A stretch of DNA of 58,262 nt from a virus (lineage: Duplodnaviria > Caudoviricetes), in IMG/VR virus record IMGVR_UViG_3300017783_000021, positions 1-58,262 of that record, one strand, 5' to 3'. Shown here in pieces: positions 44,560-53,339 of the stretch. The notes under the pieces were generated by a model. The model saw only the letters and a program-made list of their open reading frames with translations, had not been told where the DNA came from and did not search any database. The stretch's first letter is position 1. Each line of letters starts with the position of its first letter. The position numbers and the translations under genes were made by a program.

Positions 44560-45654
44560 TTAGGACGCCATAGCGGCCTGTACATACTTTCCATACTTGT
44601 TATGAAACCTGTCAAAGTTTTTTAAGTCCTGGGGACTAAATGGAAGTTTGTAAGTAGAAATTGCAACCCTTACACCCATCACAACAAGTTCTGTTTCGAA
44701 GTTATCCATCATAAATCCAAAGAAATTGTCTGCTAATGCATTCCATCCTTTTTCTTTACGTTTGAATGCTTCTTGAAGTTCATAACACATAGACACAGTC
44801 AACGAGTACATAGCACTGATGTCTGTTGCCTCCATGCTCTTAACCTTCCCAGAAAGAATGTCTTCTGGATTAGGCAGTTTAGAAGCAACCTTACGGTGTG
44901 CCGCAAATTTAACTGCTAATCCCTCCCCGACTGCACCTGCCACGAGGTCTGTCAACGTATTCTCAGGCAAGTCATCGTCAAGAAGATCGCTCACAAAACT
45001 CCACGAACGTGGAGTAGCGAATGCACGTGAACTACTCTTAGGATCAAAATCATAAAGATCTTGTTTTGCAAAAGAACAGTAACCCACTACATCTGAGTGA
45101 ATTTTGTTTTCGGTTGCCCATTGCAACCAGTCTTCGAAATCTACTCTCATTTCCAAGTGTAGGAAACGATTTGATAACGGAGCAGGCATTCTATAAGTAA
45201 CACCTTTATCTGTTTCTCGGTTACCTGCCGCAATAATCATTACGTTATCAGGTAATACGTAACTACCAACACGTCTGTTAAGAACTAGTTGATATGCCGC
45301 CGCTTGTACAGCCGGCGATGCTGAATTCATTTCGTCCATAAACAAAACGATATGTTTAAACTTTTTAGCCATTTCGGCACTAGGCAATTCAACAGGCGGT
45401 GCCCATTTCATTGTATTATCGTTTGCCGCATAATATGGCATACCTTTAATATCTGTAGGATCCCATAACGACAATCGAATATCGATTAGATGTGATTTTT
45501 CAAAACTATCAGTAATCTGACTTACAATATCAGACTTACCAATACCTGGAGGTCCCCATAAAAATACTGGACGACCTTTTAGCATTGCATGACGCAATGC
45601 AGTTTTCGCTTCATTTGGAGTAACTGTACGTGACTCTGTTGCTTGTGTTGACAT
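44560..45654 (-). CDS. MoxR-like AAA+ ATPase
   Basis: GPPGIGKS, LFMDEMN, AAGNR, PLSNRF, ATPRSW. Confidence 0.9.
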   Translation of the reverse strand: MSTQATESRTVTPNEAKTALRHAMLKGRPVFLWGPPGIGKSDIVSQITDSFEKSHLIDIRLSLWDPTDIKGMPYYAANDNTMKWAPPVELPSAEMAKKFKHIVLFMDEMNSASPAVQAAAYQLVLNRRVGSYVLPDNVMIIAAGNRETDKGVTYRMPAPLSNRFLHLEMRVDFEDWLQWATENKIHSDVVGYCSFAKQDLYDFDPKSSSRAFATPRSWSFVSDLLDDDLPENTLTDLVAGAVGEGLAVKFAAHRKVASKLPNPEDILSGKVKSMEATDISAMYSLTVSMCYELQEAFKRKEKGWNALADNFFGFMMDNFETELVVMGVRVAISTYKLPFSPQDLKNFDRFHNKYGKYVQAAMAS

Positions 45655-45690
45655 TTTTTTACCTCTCTATGTTTAACTAACTATAACTAT

Positions 45691-45718
45691 ATAATAGCAT
45701 CATTAGTAAAAATGTCAA
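45691..45718 (-). promoter_or_regulatory. Sigma70-type promoter
   Basis: TTGACA-N16-TATTAT with TGn extension, resembling the promoter at 43332. Confidence 0.6.
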
Positions 45719-45761
45719 GCGATTTTTAATATTTTTTTGGAAAAAAACTATCCAAAATGAA

Positions 45762-46145
45762 CTATTCTAGTTCTTTTGCCATAGCACGAGCAAGTCCATA
45801 TTGTTTAATATCACCAGCAAACATCATAAGTTGTAAAGCCATCTTTTCGCTTAACACATATATACGCTTACGTGTAACATAATATGGAGTGTCGATAAAT
45901 TGATCTAAGTATAAGAATACTTGTGGAGTAAAGTTTATGTCGTTCGGAAAATGTATTTCGTGGACTTTAAGGTCGGCCTGTTCTACAACAAATGCAAACC
46001 CTTCTTTTGTTAAACGTAACCCGGCATCACCTTTTTCTCTTATGTTCTGCCACATAAGCATATGTTGTTTTTTAATAGATTCTTCTGTTACATCTTTTTC
46101 AGCGGCTATTAAAAATGTTTTTGTGTATGCTGTCTTTTTATCCAT
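45762..46145 (-). CDS. Hypothetical protein
   Basis: 127-aa ORF, TAATG coupling. Confidence 0.7.
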   Translation of the reverse strand: MDKKTAYTKTFLIAAEKDVTEESIKKQHMLMWQNIREKGDAGLRLTKEGFAFVVEQADLKVHEIHFPNDINFTPQVFLYLDQFIDTPYYVTRKRIYVLSEKMALQLMMFAGDIKQYGLARAMAKELE

Positions 46146-46426
46146 TAATGGAATTTTCCGTTAGTTAACTCGACAACTTTAAATTCTTCTGTATGAAACA
46201 GTTTGTTTAATTTTTTAGCAAGATTGATAGCATGTCCAGGATTAGAAAAACTAGTTTTCTTATATTTAGGTCCTGGTGTAGGACTTACTGCACTACTACT
46301 TTTTAAATTAAAAGGCTTTCCTTGATAAAATACTGCCCATATAGCAGTAGCATCGAGAACTTCCTCACATCTAAATGTATTTTTATCGGTATACTTTAAT
46401 AGTACTTTAGGTTTTGGTCTGCTCAT
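46145..46426 (-). CDS. Small basic hypothetical protein
   Basis: 93 aa; AAGGA RBS; preceded by a TAAATA box and an AACTACG site. Confidence 0.75.
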   Translation of the reverse strand: MSRPKPKVLLKYTDKNTFRCEEVLDATAIWAVFYQGKPFNLKSSSAVSPTPGPKYKKTSFSNPGHAINLAKKLNKLFHTEEFKVVELTNGKFH

Positions 46427-46473
46427 ATACGTTGTTTTCCTTTATTAACTACGTATATATTTATCAAACTTAT

Positions 46474-46695
46474 CTAAAGTTTACCACCATCCATCTCTAT
46501 AGTAATATCAGGTTCTGCTGTTTGTTGTGAATCTTGCAACTCTACTAGACGTGCTAACACCATGCTAATACTGTCTGCGAGGTCTCTGTACTGCTTTGAA
46601 TCTAATTTAACTTCCTTAGCCTGTGTACGTTGTGCAACCTTTACAGATTGTAGGAAATTTTCGATAGCAATAGTATTAAGAGGATTTCGAGACAC
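46474..46695 (-). CDS. Hypothetical protein
   Basis: 73-aa ORF in operon context. Confidence 0.6.
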   Translation of the reverse strand: MSRNPLNTIAIENFLQSVKVAQRTQAKEVKLDSKQYRDLADSISMVLARLVELQDSQQTAEPDITIEMDGGKL

Positions 46696-47155
46696 GAGCC
46701 AATGTTTCCTTCATTTCTAAATCTGTTGTAAATGGACCTTCAAAACTATATCGTTGTAATGTGATAAGTTTAGGACAAAAACTTTTTACCCAACCTTTGT
46801 CAAATTTAATACAATAGTAACCTGCACAATATAAACTCTTTGACTTTTTACTTTTACTAAACAGTGGCAGACCTTTTTTAACATCATATAAAGGATTAAA
46901 AGGTTTAGTACTTGTTGGAAAATTATAAACTTCGTGCTTTATATTCTTTTGTTCCATTTTTTGTCTAATTTGTTCAAAGAAGTTTTGACCAAATGTATTA
47001 TGGATATCATCAATAGTATCAAATTTAATTTTTTCTAATTTAGTTATTAGATAGTAACAATTAGTATCTTTTTGTAGTGTTCCTACTTTACGACCCCTGT
47101 CTTGTACAATCCAAAACTTATTAGGAACTAATTGTTTAGCGAGAAGTTGTTGCAT
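46676..47155 (-). CDS. Hypothetical protein
   Basis: Likely start MQQLLAK after a GGAGG RBS. Confidence 0.7.
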   Translation of the reverse strand: MQQLLAKQLVPNKFWIVQDRGRKVGTLQKDTNCYYLITKLEKIKFDTIDDIHNTFGQNFFEQIRQKMEQKNIKHEVYNFPTSTKPFNPLYDVKKGLPLFSKSKKSKSLYCAGYYCIKFDKGWVKSFCPKLITLQRYSFEGPFTTDLEMKETLARVSKSS

Positions 47156-48158
47156 GTTTTCCTCCATATCTTGCGTTTAATGGCTCTGCAAAACTTTGAG
47201 CCTGTTCTGTTATCTTGTTTAAATCATAAGAACTAGTAAATTGTACTAATCGTACACCTACTTGTTTTATATCTTTTGCACCTTCAATTGCTTCTGCAAT
47301 AGTTGTAGCAATAATTGTTTTAATGTCTTCAGGTTGTGCAGTTAAGTCACACAGTGTAACATTACGAGTATAATCATCTAGCACACGATGTTCTTCACCG
47401 TTATGATCTACCCAACGTTGTAGCATCATGTTATTCCATGCATAACCTTTGCTGTCTTTATCTGCAAATGCTTCTTGTAAGCCTACTTTGTTCTTAGTGC
47501 CTTTTACTCTTACACCAGGATACGCACTAAACACATTGTCACTTGTGTCACCACGCATACATTTTTCAAACAATAACCATTGTGGAATAGGTGCAGGCTT
47601 TTCTGCTTTAGTTTTTTTATCTATAACACGATTACCTTTTTCATCAAAGTAACCTTCATGTGTAATAGTTGTTCTTTGCACTCCATTATATTGACGTACA
47701 TTAGGAGCAATGAGTTGTGCAAAGTCACCGTCAGTGCTAATAATAACATGATCATCATTAGGGTGTGCTTGTACCCAACCTGCAATAAGATCATCTGCTT
47801 CTAGTTGTTTATTTTGTAATACAGTACAATTAGTTTTATTACTAACAAAATCTTTAAACTCGTCAAATGTTTCCCAGAAAACAGTTTCTTCTTCTTGTTG
47901 TGCTACAGTAAGAGCATCACGAGCAACCTGTCTATTACGTTTGTAAGGTTCGTAATAGTCCTTACGCCAACTACGTCCTTCTAAGCAGAATACAACATGA
48001 CTGCCATTAAAGTCTTTCCATGCTTTACGAATACTTTGAAATGTTGTATGTAATGCCATACCTATTTTAACATCAGCCTCGCCTCGTACTACGTGTCTTG
48101 CACGAAAGAATGTGTTTGCTGTGTCTACTAAAATATATGTCATCTTTTTCTCCGCCAT
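47136..48158 (-). CDS. rnh: T4 RNase H-like 5'-3' exonuclease (FEN1/PIN fold)
   Basis: ILVD.AN, WRK.YY.PYK.NR, LEADDLIA, ISTDGDF.QL, GDTSDNV. Confidence 0.9.
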   Translation of the reverse strand: MAEKKMTYILVDTANTFFRARHVVRGEADVKIGMALHTTFQSIRKAWKDFNGSHVVFCLEGRSWRKDYYEPYKRNRQVARDALTVAQQEEETVFWETFDEFKDFVSNKTNCTVLQNKQLEADDLIAGWVQAHPNDDHVIISTDGDFAQLIAPNVRQYNGVQRTTITHEGYFDEKGNRVIDKKTKAEKPAPIPQWLLFEKCMRGDTSDNVFSAYPGVRVKGTKNKVGLQEAFADKDSKGYAWNNMMLQRWVDHNGEEHRVLDDYTRNVTLCDLTAQPEDIKTIIATTIAEAIEGAKDIKQVGVRLVQFTSSYDLNKITEQAQSFAEPLNARYGGKHATTSR

Positions 48159-48829
48159 TATATAGTTTTAAGTTGTACTGTTTTATCTAAATCTTCTAAT
48201 GCTTGAGCAAAACTGCTATCAAATAAATCAAATGCAATGCTTACTCTTTTATTGTTTTCTTCATGCTTAGGTACACTATGTAATACATAACTTGGAAAGA
48301 ATGTAAGTCCACCTTTAACATTTTCAAATCCTACTTTAACTTGTTGGTCCACTGGACAATAGTATACAGTCTGAGTGGCATAGTTGTCAAGATGAATATT
48401 ACCACTTAGGTAAGAAAAGTTTTGAGCACCGTGACCGTGTTGTGTAATTGGTTGTCCAGGGTGTACAACGTTTGCCCAACTATACATGTGTAAATTTCTA
48501 ATCGTTGTACTGTTTGAATGCATATATTCAATATATTGCTCTTTAATCCAATTCAATAAGTTCATAAACTGTGGAATGTTCTTTGTAACCTGAAAAAGGT
48601 TATATGCACTATATTGACCTGTAAGACTATCAGCACCTAACCCAGTACCACCGTCTTCGCTTAAACTATCTTTTTTAAAGTTATTGATCAAAGTTTGTTC
48701 GTTATCAACTAACCAATTCTTCATAAAATCGACATCGTCAACATTTGGATATACACAATTCCAAAAAGGAATATTCCATGTAGGAGCATATTCATTTAGT
48801 GGATGCATACTTTTCCAAGACTGTAACAT
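48158..48829 (-). CDS. Putative 2OG-Fe(II) oxygenase (HxH type)
   Basis: SWAN...HGH...LSG...FFPSYVLHSV...RVSIAF. Confidence 0.8.
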   Translation of the reverse strand: MLQSWKSMHPLNEYAPTWNIPFWNCVYPNVDDVDFMKNWLVDNEQTLINNFKKDSLSEDGGTGLGADSLTGQYSAYNLFQVTKNIPQFMNLLNWIKEQYIEYMHSNSTTIRNLHMYSWANVVHPGQPITQHGHGAQNFSYLSGNIHLDNYATQTVYYCPVDQQVKVGFENVKGGLTFFPSYVLHSVPKHEENNKRVSIAFDLFDSSFAQALEDLDKTVQLKTI

Positions 48830-49200
48830 TAACTTACCTCTGATTTATTATTACCAATGTTCTTAGTATTAATGTAACCTGCACCCATAGGATTTTCAGT
48901 ACTTGCTACTCCTTCGTCTTTAGCAACATTACCGCATAGTTCTTTAAACCATGCATCTACAATTTCTTCTTCTGAATCACCTTGATAACCGTTAAGTCTT
49001 AGATCTCGAATAAAAAATTCATTCCAATCAAGTTCAAAGAATCCGTTACGTGGGTTATTGTCTTTCATTTCAACATTAAGAACAGTTACGTATGGCTGTT
49101 TCTTCTTTGTTGCTTCTGCTTTAGCATCAGAAGTTTTTTCTTTAGATACTGTAGCAGGAATCTTGTTTTTTGTAAACAAGTTTTTTAGTTTATCTATCAT
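48829..49200 (-). CDS. Hypothetical protein
   Basis: 123 aa, GFFELDWN...VDAWF. Confidence 0.7.
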   Translation of the reverse strand: MIDKLKNLFTKNKIPATVSKEKTSDAKAEATKKKQPYVTVLNVEMKDNNPRNGFFELDWNEFFIRDLRLNGYQGDSEEEIVDAWFKELCGNVAKDEGVASTENPMGAGYINTKNIGNNKSEVS

Positions 49201-49269
49201 AATAGTCCTTTCTCTCTCAATTCTTCATCGAGCGGTTTTTTACTTTTATTTTTTGTTTTTTTCACTTTA

Positions 49270-50163
49270 TCAAGTTCCCCAGGCGTTTCCGAATAATGAT
49301 ATGTGTAGTCTTGGAGTGAATCTCCATCCTCTTTCCATACATGCTTCTGCGACTTGGTTAACGTTGAGAACATATTCTTCACTGCGTCCACCCAACGGCA
49401 TAAGATATACCGGACATTCCACCCCGGCACTTCTATAAGCGTCCACAGCCTTTGTAACTTCGTCAAAATCTTTATCAGTAGCGACAACAAACTTAAGATA
49501 GATGTCACTACCACTAACACTGCTATACTCACTAGCCACATCAGGCTTAATAGCAGTATCCCAAGGTTCTCCGCTAACTGAAAGTTTCGGGGAACAAGAC
49601 CATGTGACTTCAAATCTGTCTTGTGTGTCGAGATACTCTTTAAAGTCTTTGTGTAAAGTTTGTGTAGTGTTTGTTTCAAATGTAACATTTTTTAAGTCCC
49701 TCATACGTGGATGTTCAAAGAGTTCTACGTACAATCGTTGCCACGCCAACAACGGCTCTCCACCTGTCATGATCAAATGTATATCTTGACCATTGTCCAT
49801 TGTCCACTTGCCCTCAGGCAGTAAACTTAATAAGTGTTCAACAACTTCTTCAACTTCTGCTTGTTTATTAAAGTGTTTGAATTCAGGATAGATACTTGCA
49901 TATGTATCACACCCTGTATGTATAATAGGCAAGTCATTAAACTCTTTTGTAGTTTCATGTACACCTGCATCAAGTAAGTCTTGTACTTCTTGATTGCGAA
50001 TAATACCCATTTTTTGTTTTTCATCTCGCATCGGTTCATTTTCTAAACCAAAGTTCATGCAACGAAAGTTACAACCAAAGGTACGTAAGAACACACTAGG
50101 TACTCCTACAAATTTGCCTTCACCTTGTACACTATAAAATGCTTCACTATATCTTAACTTCAT
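49270..50163 (-). CDS. queE: 7-carboxy-7-deazaguanine synthase (radical SAM)
   Basis: EAFYSVQGEG...VFLRTFGCNFRC...GCDT, TGGEP, ETN, CSPKL, RFTPRLH. Confidence 0.9.
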   Translation of the reverse strand: MKLRYSEAFYSVQGEGKFVGVPSVFLRTFGCNFRCMNFGLENEPMRDEKQKMGIIRNQEVQDLLDAGVHETTKEFNDLPIIHTGCDTYASIYPEFKHFNKQAEVEEVVEHLLSLLPEGKWTMDNGQDIHLIMTGGEPLLAWQRLYVELFEHPRMRDLKNVTFETNTTQTLHKDFKEYLDTQDRFEVTWSCSPKLSVSGEPWDTAIKPDVASEYSSVSGSDIYLKFVVATDKDFDEVTKAVDAYRSAGVECPVYLMPLGGRSEEYVLNVNQVAEACMERGWRFTPRLHISLFGNAWGT

Positions 50164-50184
50164 TGTTTAACTCCTATACTATGT

Positions 50185-50213
50185 ATTATAGTGTTTATTT
50201 AGGTTTTTGTCAA
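50185..50213 (-). promoter_or_regulatory. Consensus sigma70 promoter for queE
   Basis: TTGACA-N17-TATAAT; AGGAG RBS. Confidence 0.8.
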
Positions 50214-50216
50214 CCA

Positions 50217-50648
50217 CTAACAACCATTATTCTCGCCATTAAGTATATCAATCATATCAATTTGGAGATCATCTTTCTTAACATACTTTTGTTTGTTTGG
50301 AATAACACCACGAATACCGCCCGCAGGCTTTTCTACATCTCCGTCACGTCTGAAAATTAAATGTATATGTGGATACATACAAGTTTGGCCTGCACTAGTA
50401 CCCATATTGATACCTATGTTATACCCTGTAATATTGTTATCTGATAAAACATTTTGGTTGCCCATTGTTTGTGCAAAGTTAAAACATTTAGTAATATTTT
50501 CTTCAGTGTTTTCTCTAGGAACAACAAGCGTATGTCCTTCTGTTACAGGATATGCATCTTTGTATACTACAAAGTCTCTAGTATTATAGTCTACGTCAGT
50601 CCAAGGTGCATTGCCATCTTGTTGTGCTTGTTCTAATGTGTAAGTCAT
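50217..50648 (-). CDS. HIT family nucleotide hydrolase
   Basis: DAYPVTEGHTLVVP; GYNIGINMG.SAGQT..YPHIHLI. Confidence 0.88.
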   Translation of the reverse strand: MTYTLEQAQQDGNAPWTDVDYNTRDFVVYKDAYPVTEGHTLVVPRENTEENITKCFNFAQTMGNQNVLSDNNITGYNIGINMGTSAGQTCMYPHIHLIFRRDGDVEKPAGGIRGVIPNKQKYVKKDDLQIDMIDILNGENNGC

Positions 50649-51373
50649 ACGTTACTCCAAACATGAAAACTATAACCTTTTCCGTTAGTATCGCCGCCAT
50701 TATTGTCTATTTCGTTTCCGTCGTATTCAATACGTTGTACAGTATCATCACCATTTAGATATTCAAGTGTATAGATCTTTAGTTTCTTAGGATCAAATTT
50801 ACCAACGGTTTCAATAACGCCTTCGAAGAATGTGCCTTTTTCTGCTGAATACATTTGGGCTGTGTAATCGCCTTCTGTGTCTTCACCTTCGTCTACGCCC
50901 ATTTCAACTAGTTCAAGTTCGTGGTTGGTTGCTTCGTTCCAAAGATCAATGTAGGCATTTAAGTCTTCATTGTTTACAAGTTCTTCAATAACGTTTGCAT
51001 TATACTCAGCACTGTCAACTTCTTCAATGTTTAAATTAGCATTATTATAATCTATGCCCCATTGATGTGTAAATCCAGTAGCCGACTCATACCAACTTGT
51101 GCTATAATCTTCACCTTCTACTTTTAGAAACTGTGCAAACTCTGGTACTTCTTTAAGGTTGTCGAATTCGAACTCTCCATCTTCTGCATTTACACAATAG
51201 TTGACAGCATCACTGTCACCATGTTCTTCAATGTGTGCAGACCAAAACTCATACTGCTCTTTTGTAAGATCCATGTACTCTGCTTCGCCGCCATATCCCC
51301 AAAGTTGAATACGATAGTAGCGTGGTCCTTTAATAGTTTCTAGTGTGTGTTCTTTTTCTTCAAGCGTGGCCAT
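50645..51373 (-). CDS. Highly acidic hypothetical protein
   Basis: 242 aa, very D/E-rich; GAGGAG RBS. Confidence 0.75.
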   Translation of the reverse strand: MATLEEKEHTLETIKGPRYYRIQLWGYGGEAEYMDLTKEQYEFWSAHIEEHGDSDAVNYCVNAEDGEFEFDNLKEVPEFAQFLKVEGEDYSTSWYESATGFTHQWGIDYNNANLNIEEVDSAEYNANVIEELVNNEDLNAYIDLWNEATNHELELVEMGVDEGEDTEGDYTAQMYSAEKGTFFEGVIETVGKFDPKKLKIYTLEYLNGDDTVQRIEYDGNEIDNNGGDTNGKGYSFHVWSNV

Positions 51374-51389
51374 TATACCAACTCCTCTG

Positions 51390-51578
51390 TTATGTTGATA
51401 ATGAGTTAACTGGTTTACATTGGTATGTAACTGAAGTCCAGTCTCCGTCGGGTGGAACTCCTAAATAATCTTGCAAGGCTAATTCACAATTAATTTTAGT
51501 ATCAAACCATTGCACATCTTGTTTAACACAGGTTGTACCTACGCAAACTGTTAGTAGTATATGCCAAATTAATTCCAT
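51390..51578 (-). CDS. Small Cys-containing protein with hydrophobic N-terminus
   Basis: 62 aa, four Cys, coupled to the upstream gene. Confidence 0.55.
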   Translation of the reverse strand: MELIWHILLTVCVGTTCVKQDVQWFDTKINCELALQDYLGVPPDGDWTSVTYQCKPVNSLST

Positions 51579-51967
51579 TATGCTAACTCCTCTGCTATGT
51601 AGCGTTTTAATTCCTTATCTTGGACATCTTCCGGGATTTCGTTTTTGTAAAATAGTTTATAACTATCACTGCCATACTTTCCTATGCCATATAGTTGTGT
51701 AGCATCTTCTCCGTCCCAATCTTTAAATTGTTCACTCATGCGATACAATCTTTTTGCTCTTACTCTTTGCATACCGAGTGGTTTAAGAACATCTTCGATT
51801 TGATCTCGTGTTGCATAGAGTAAAGATTCTGCATTAGACCACCGTTTAAAAAACTCTGTAAGTACAGGTTTTGTCTGTCGTCTATTGACTTGATTTAAAC
51901 AGATAACACCAACCATGTGTTGCCACTTATTTTCAACTTGCTGTTGTACCATCAAGTCGTCACGCAT
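51578..51967 (-). CDS. HhH-GPD DNA glycosylase, MBD4-like catalytic domain
   Basis: LKPLGM..VRAK; LYGIGKYGSDSY; catalytic D in QDKELKRY. Confidence 0.8.
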   Translation of the reverse strand: MRDDLMVQQQVENKWQHMVGVICLNQVNRRQTKPVLTEFFKRWSNAESLLYATRDQIEDVLKPLGMQRVRAKRLYRMSEQFKDWDGEDATQLYGIGKYGSDSYKLFYKNEIPEDVQDKELKRYIAEELA

Positions 51968-52524
51968 TAGTATAACTCTTCTACTTTATCACAAATTTTA
52001 AGTTTTTTGGCTTCATTAGCACTTAACCAAACATCTTGTGGCGGTAATAGTATTTCTTTAATTTTTACTTCAGTCATACCAAGACATTTTTTATAATGAT
52101 CGATCATTCTTTGTGTTGATAACTCAAATTCTTTGATACGTGCATATAGTTCGTGTTCTTTACCTCTACTACCCCAACTGTATTGATGTGATAGTATGCT
52201 AGTATTAGGTGTAAGTATTCTTTTACCTTTTTGTCCAGCAATAAAAATTAAAAATCCACAACTTGCAATAAGTCCTAATCCTACAGTTTTAATAGGTATA
52301 GTACTTGATTTCATTACATCAATAAGTGCAAATGCGGCATGTACATCACCTCCTGGTGAATTAATTATAATTGTTAACTGTGGCAATGGAGTATCACTTA
52401 AATTATGATTCATAATCCAACGAATTGCTTCCTTGCATGATGCCATTGTAATCTGATCCATTAAAATATAAACTCCGTTTGAATCTATATTTTGTGGACT
52501 TTGTCCTTCTTGTTTTTTAGCCAT
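51967..52524 (-). CDS. clpP: ClpP-like protease
   Basis: IIINSPGGDV, GLIASCG (Ser), ILSHQ (His), DVWLSANEA (Asp). Confidence 0.88.
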   Translation of the reverse strand: MAKKQEGQSPQNIDSNGVYILMDQITMASCKEAIRWIMNHNLSDTPLPQLTIIINSPGGDVHAAFALIDVMKSSTIPIKTVGLGLIASCGFLIFIAGQKGKRILTPNTSILSHQYSWGSRGKEHELYARIKEFELSTQRMIDHYKKCLGMTEVKIKEILLPPQDVWLSANEAKKLKICDKVEELY

Positions 52525-53047
52525 ATGTTCCTACATTTTCCCACGGATATACTAACCATACATCCTGTTCTGTTTTGTTTACTTCGTGGCATGTGTAACT
52601 TACATTATCAAAGTCACTGCCTAAATTTTCTGTTAGTGTTGCAAATTTTACATTATTCTTCCATACTTCATTCCAGCGAGGATCGTTAGGTAAGCACCCT
52701 GAGGGCCAATCTTGTTTAATCCAGTTGAACGTTGCACCAGTGTCATTTATATCATCTACAATTAAAATATTTTTTCCTTGTCCGCCACTGTCTTGATTAG
52801 GATAACCAAATGCATCTTCACTCATCCACAAGTTGCTTTCGCTATCTCTATCGTCATCACGTAGACTTACTTTCAACGCTTCACAACGTATGCCTGTCAT
52901 ATTGCTAATAATAGTAGCAGGAACATTGCCGCCGCGTGTAATGCCTACAATATAATCAGGACGCCAGTTGTCCTTGTACATTTGATTTACAATACTAACA
53001 CACATCTGTTCTATATCAGACCAACTGTAATAGTGTTTTTTAATCAT
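52517..53047 (-). CDS. Type I phosphoribosyltransferase (purine PRT-like)
   Basis: IVGITRGG; ILIVDDINDTGAT PRPP loop; WLVYPWE; start reassigned to 53047 (GAGG RBS). Confidence 0.88.
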   Translation of the reverse strand: MIKKHYYSWSDIEQMCVSIVNQMYKDNWRPDYIVGITRGGNVPATIISNMTGIRCEALKVSLRDDDRDSESNLWMSEDAFGYPNQDSGGQGKNILIVDDINDTGATFNWIKQDWPSGCLPNDPRWNEVWKNNVKFATLTENLGSDFDNVSYTCHEVNKTEQDVWLVYPWENVGTYG

Positions 53048-53339
53048 GTAATACCTCAGTAACTTTATCCCAGCGGAAACTTCTCCAACCATTGGCATTA
53101 ATATCCCATACCACACAAATATTTTCATTTGGTGCACGATTACGATTGATCTCTTCATCACTGGCAACCGGCATAGGAATGACGTCTTCTTTTAGTGTGC
53201 AAGTCATTACACGTTTATCACCATTAATCTTATTAAACGTAACTTCTACATTACCGCTATGTAATAAACCTTTTAACCAATCTTTCCCTGATTGTTCATT
53301 AAGTTTATCGATGTTGCTATTTGTTTTAACTGTGGTCAT
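53040..53339 (-). CDS. SH3/Sm-like (WYL-like) small protein
   Basis: VTFNKINGDKRVMTCTL...VWDINANGWRSFR. Confidence 0.7.
   Translation of the reverse strand: MTTVKTNSNIDKLNEQSGKDWLKGLLHSGNVEVTFNKINGDKRVMTCTLKEDVIPMPVASDEEINRNRAPNENICVVWDINANGWRSFRWDKVTEVLHD

Noticed and set aside
49197-49688. 163-aa same-strand ORF overlapping queE
   Set aside because: Alternate-frame shadow of a well-supported gene with no recognisable motif
53048-53167. N-terminal extension of the phosphoribosyltransferase ORF
   Set aside because: Overlaps the upstream gene; an RBS supports the start at 53047
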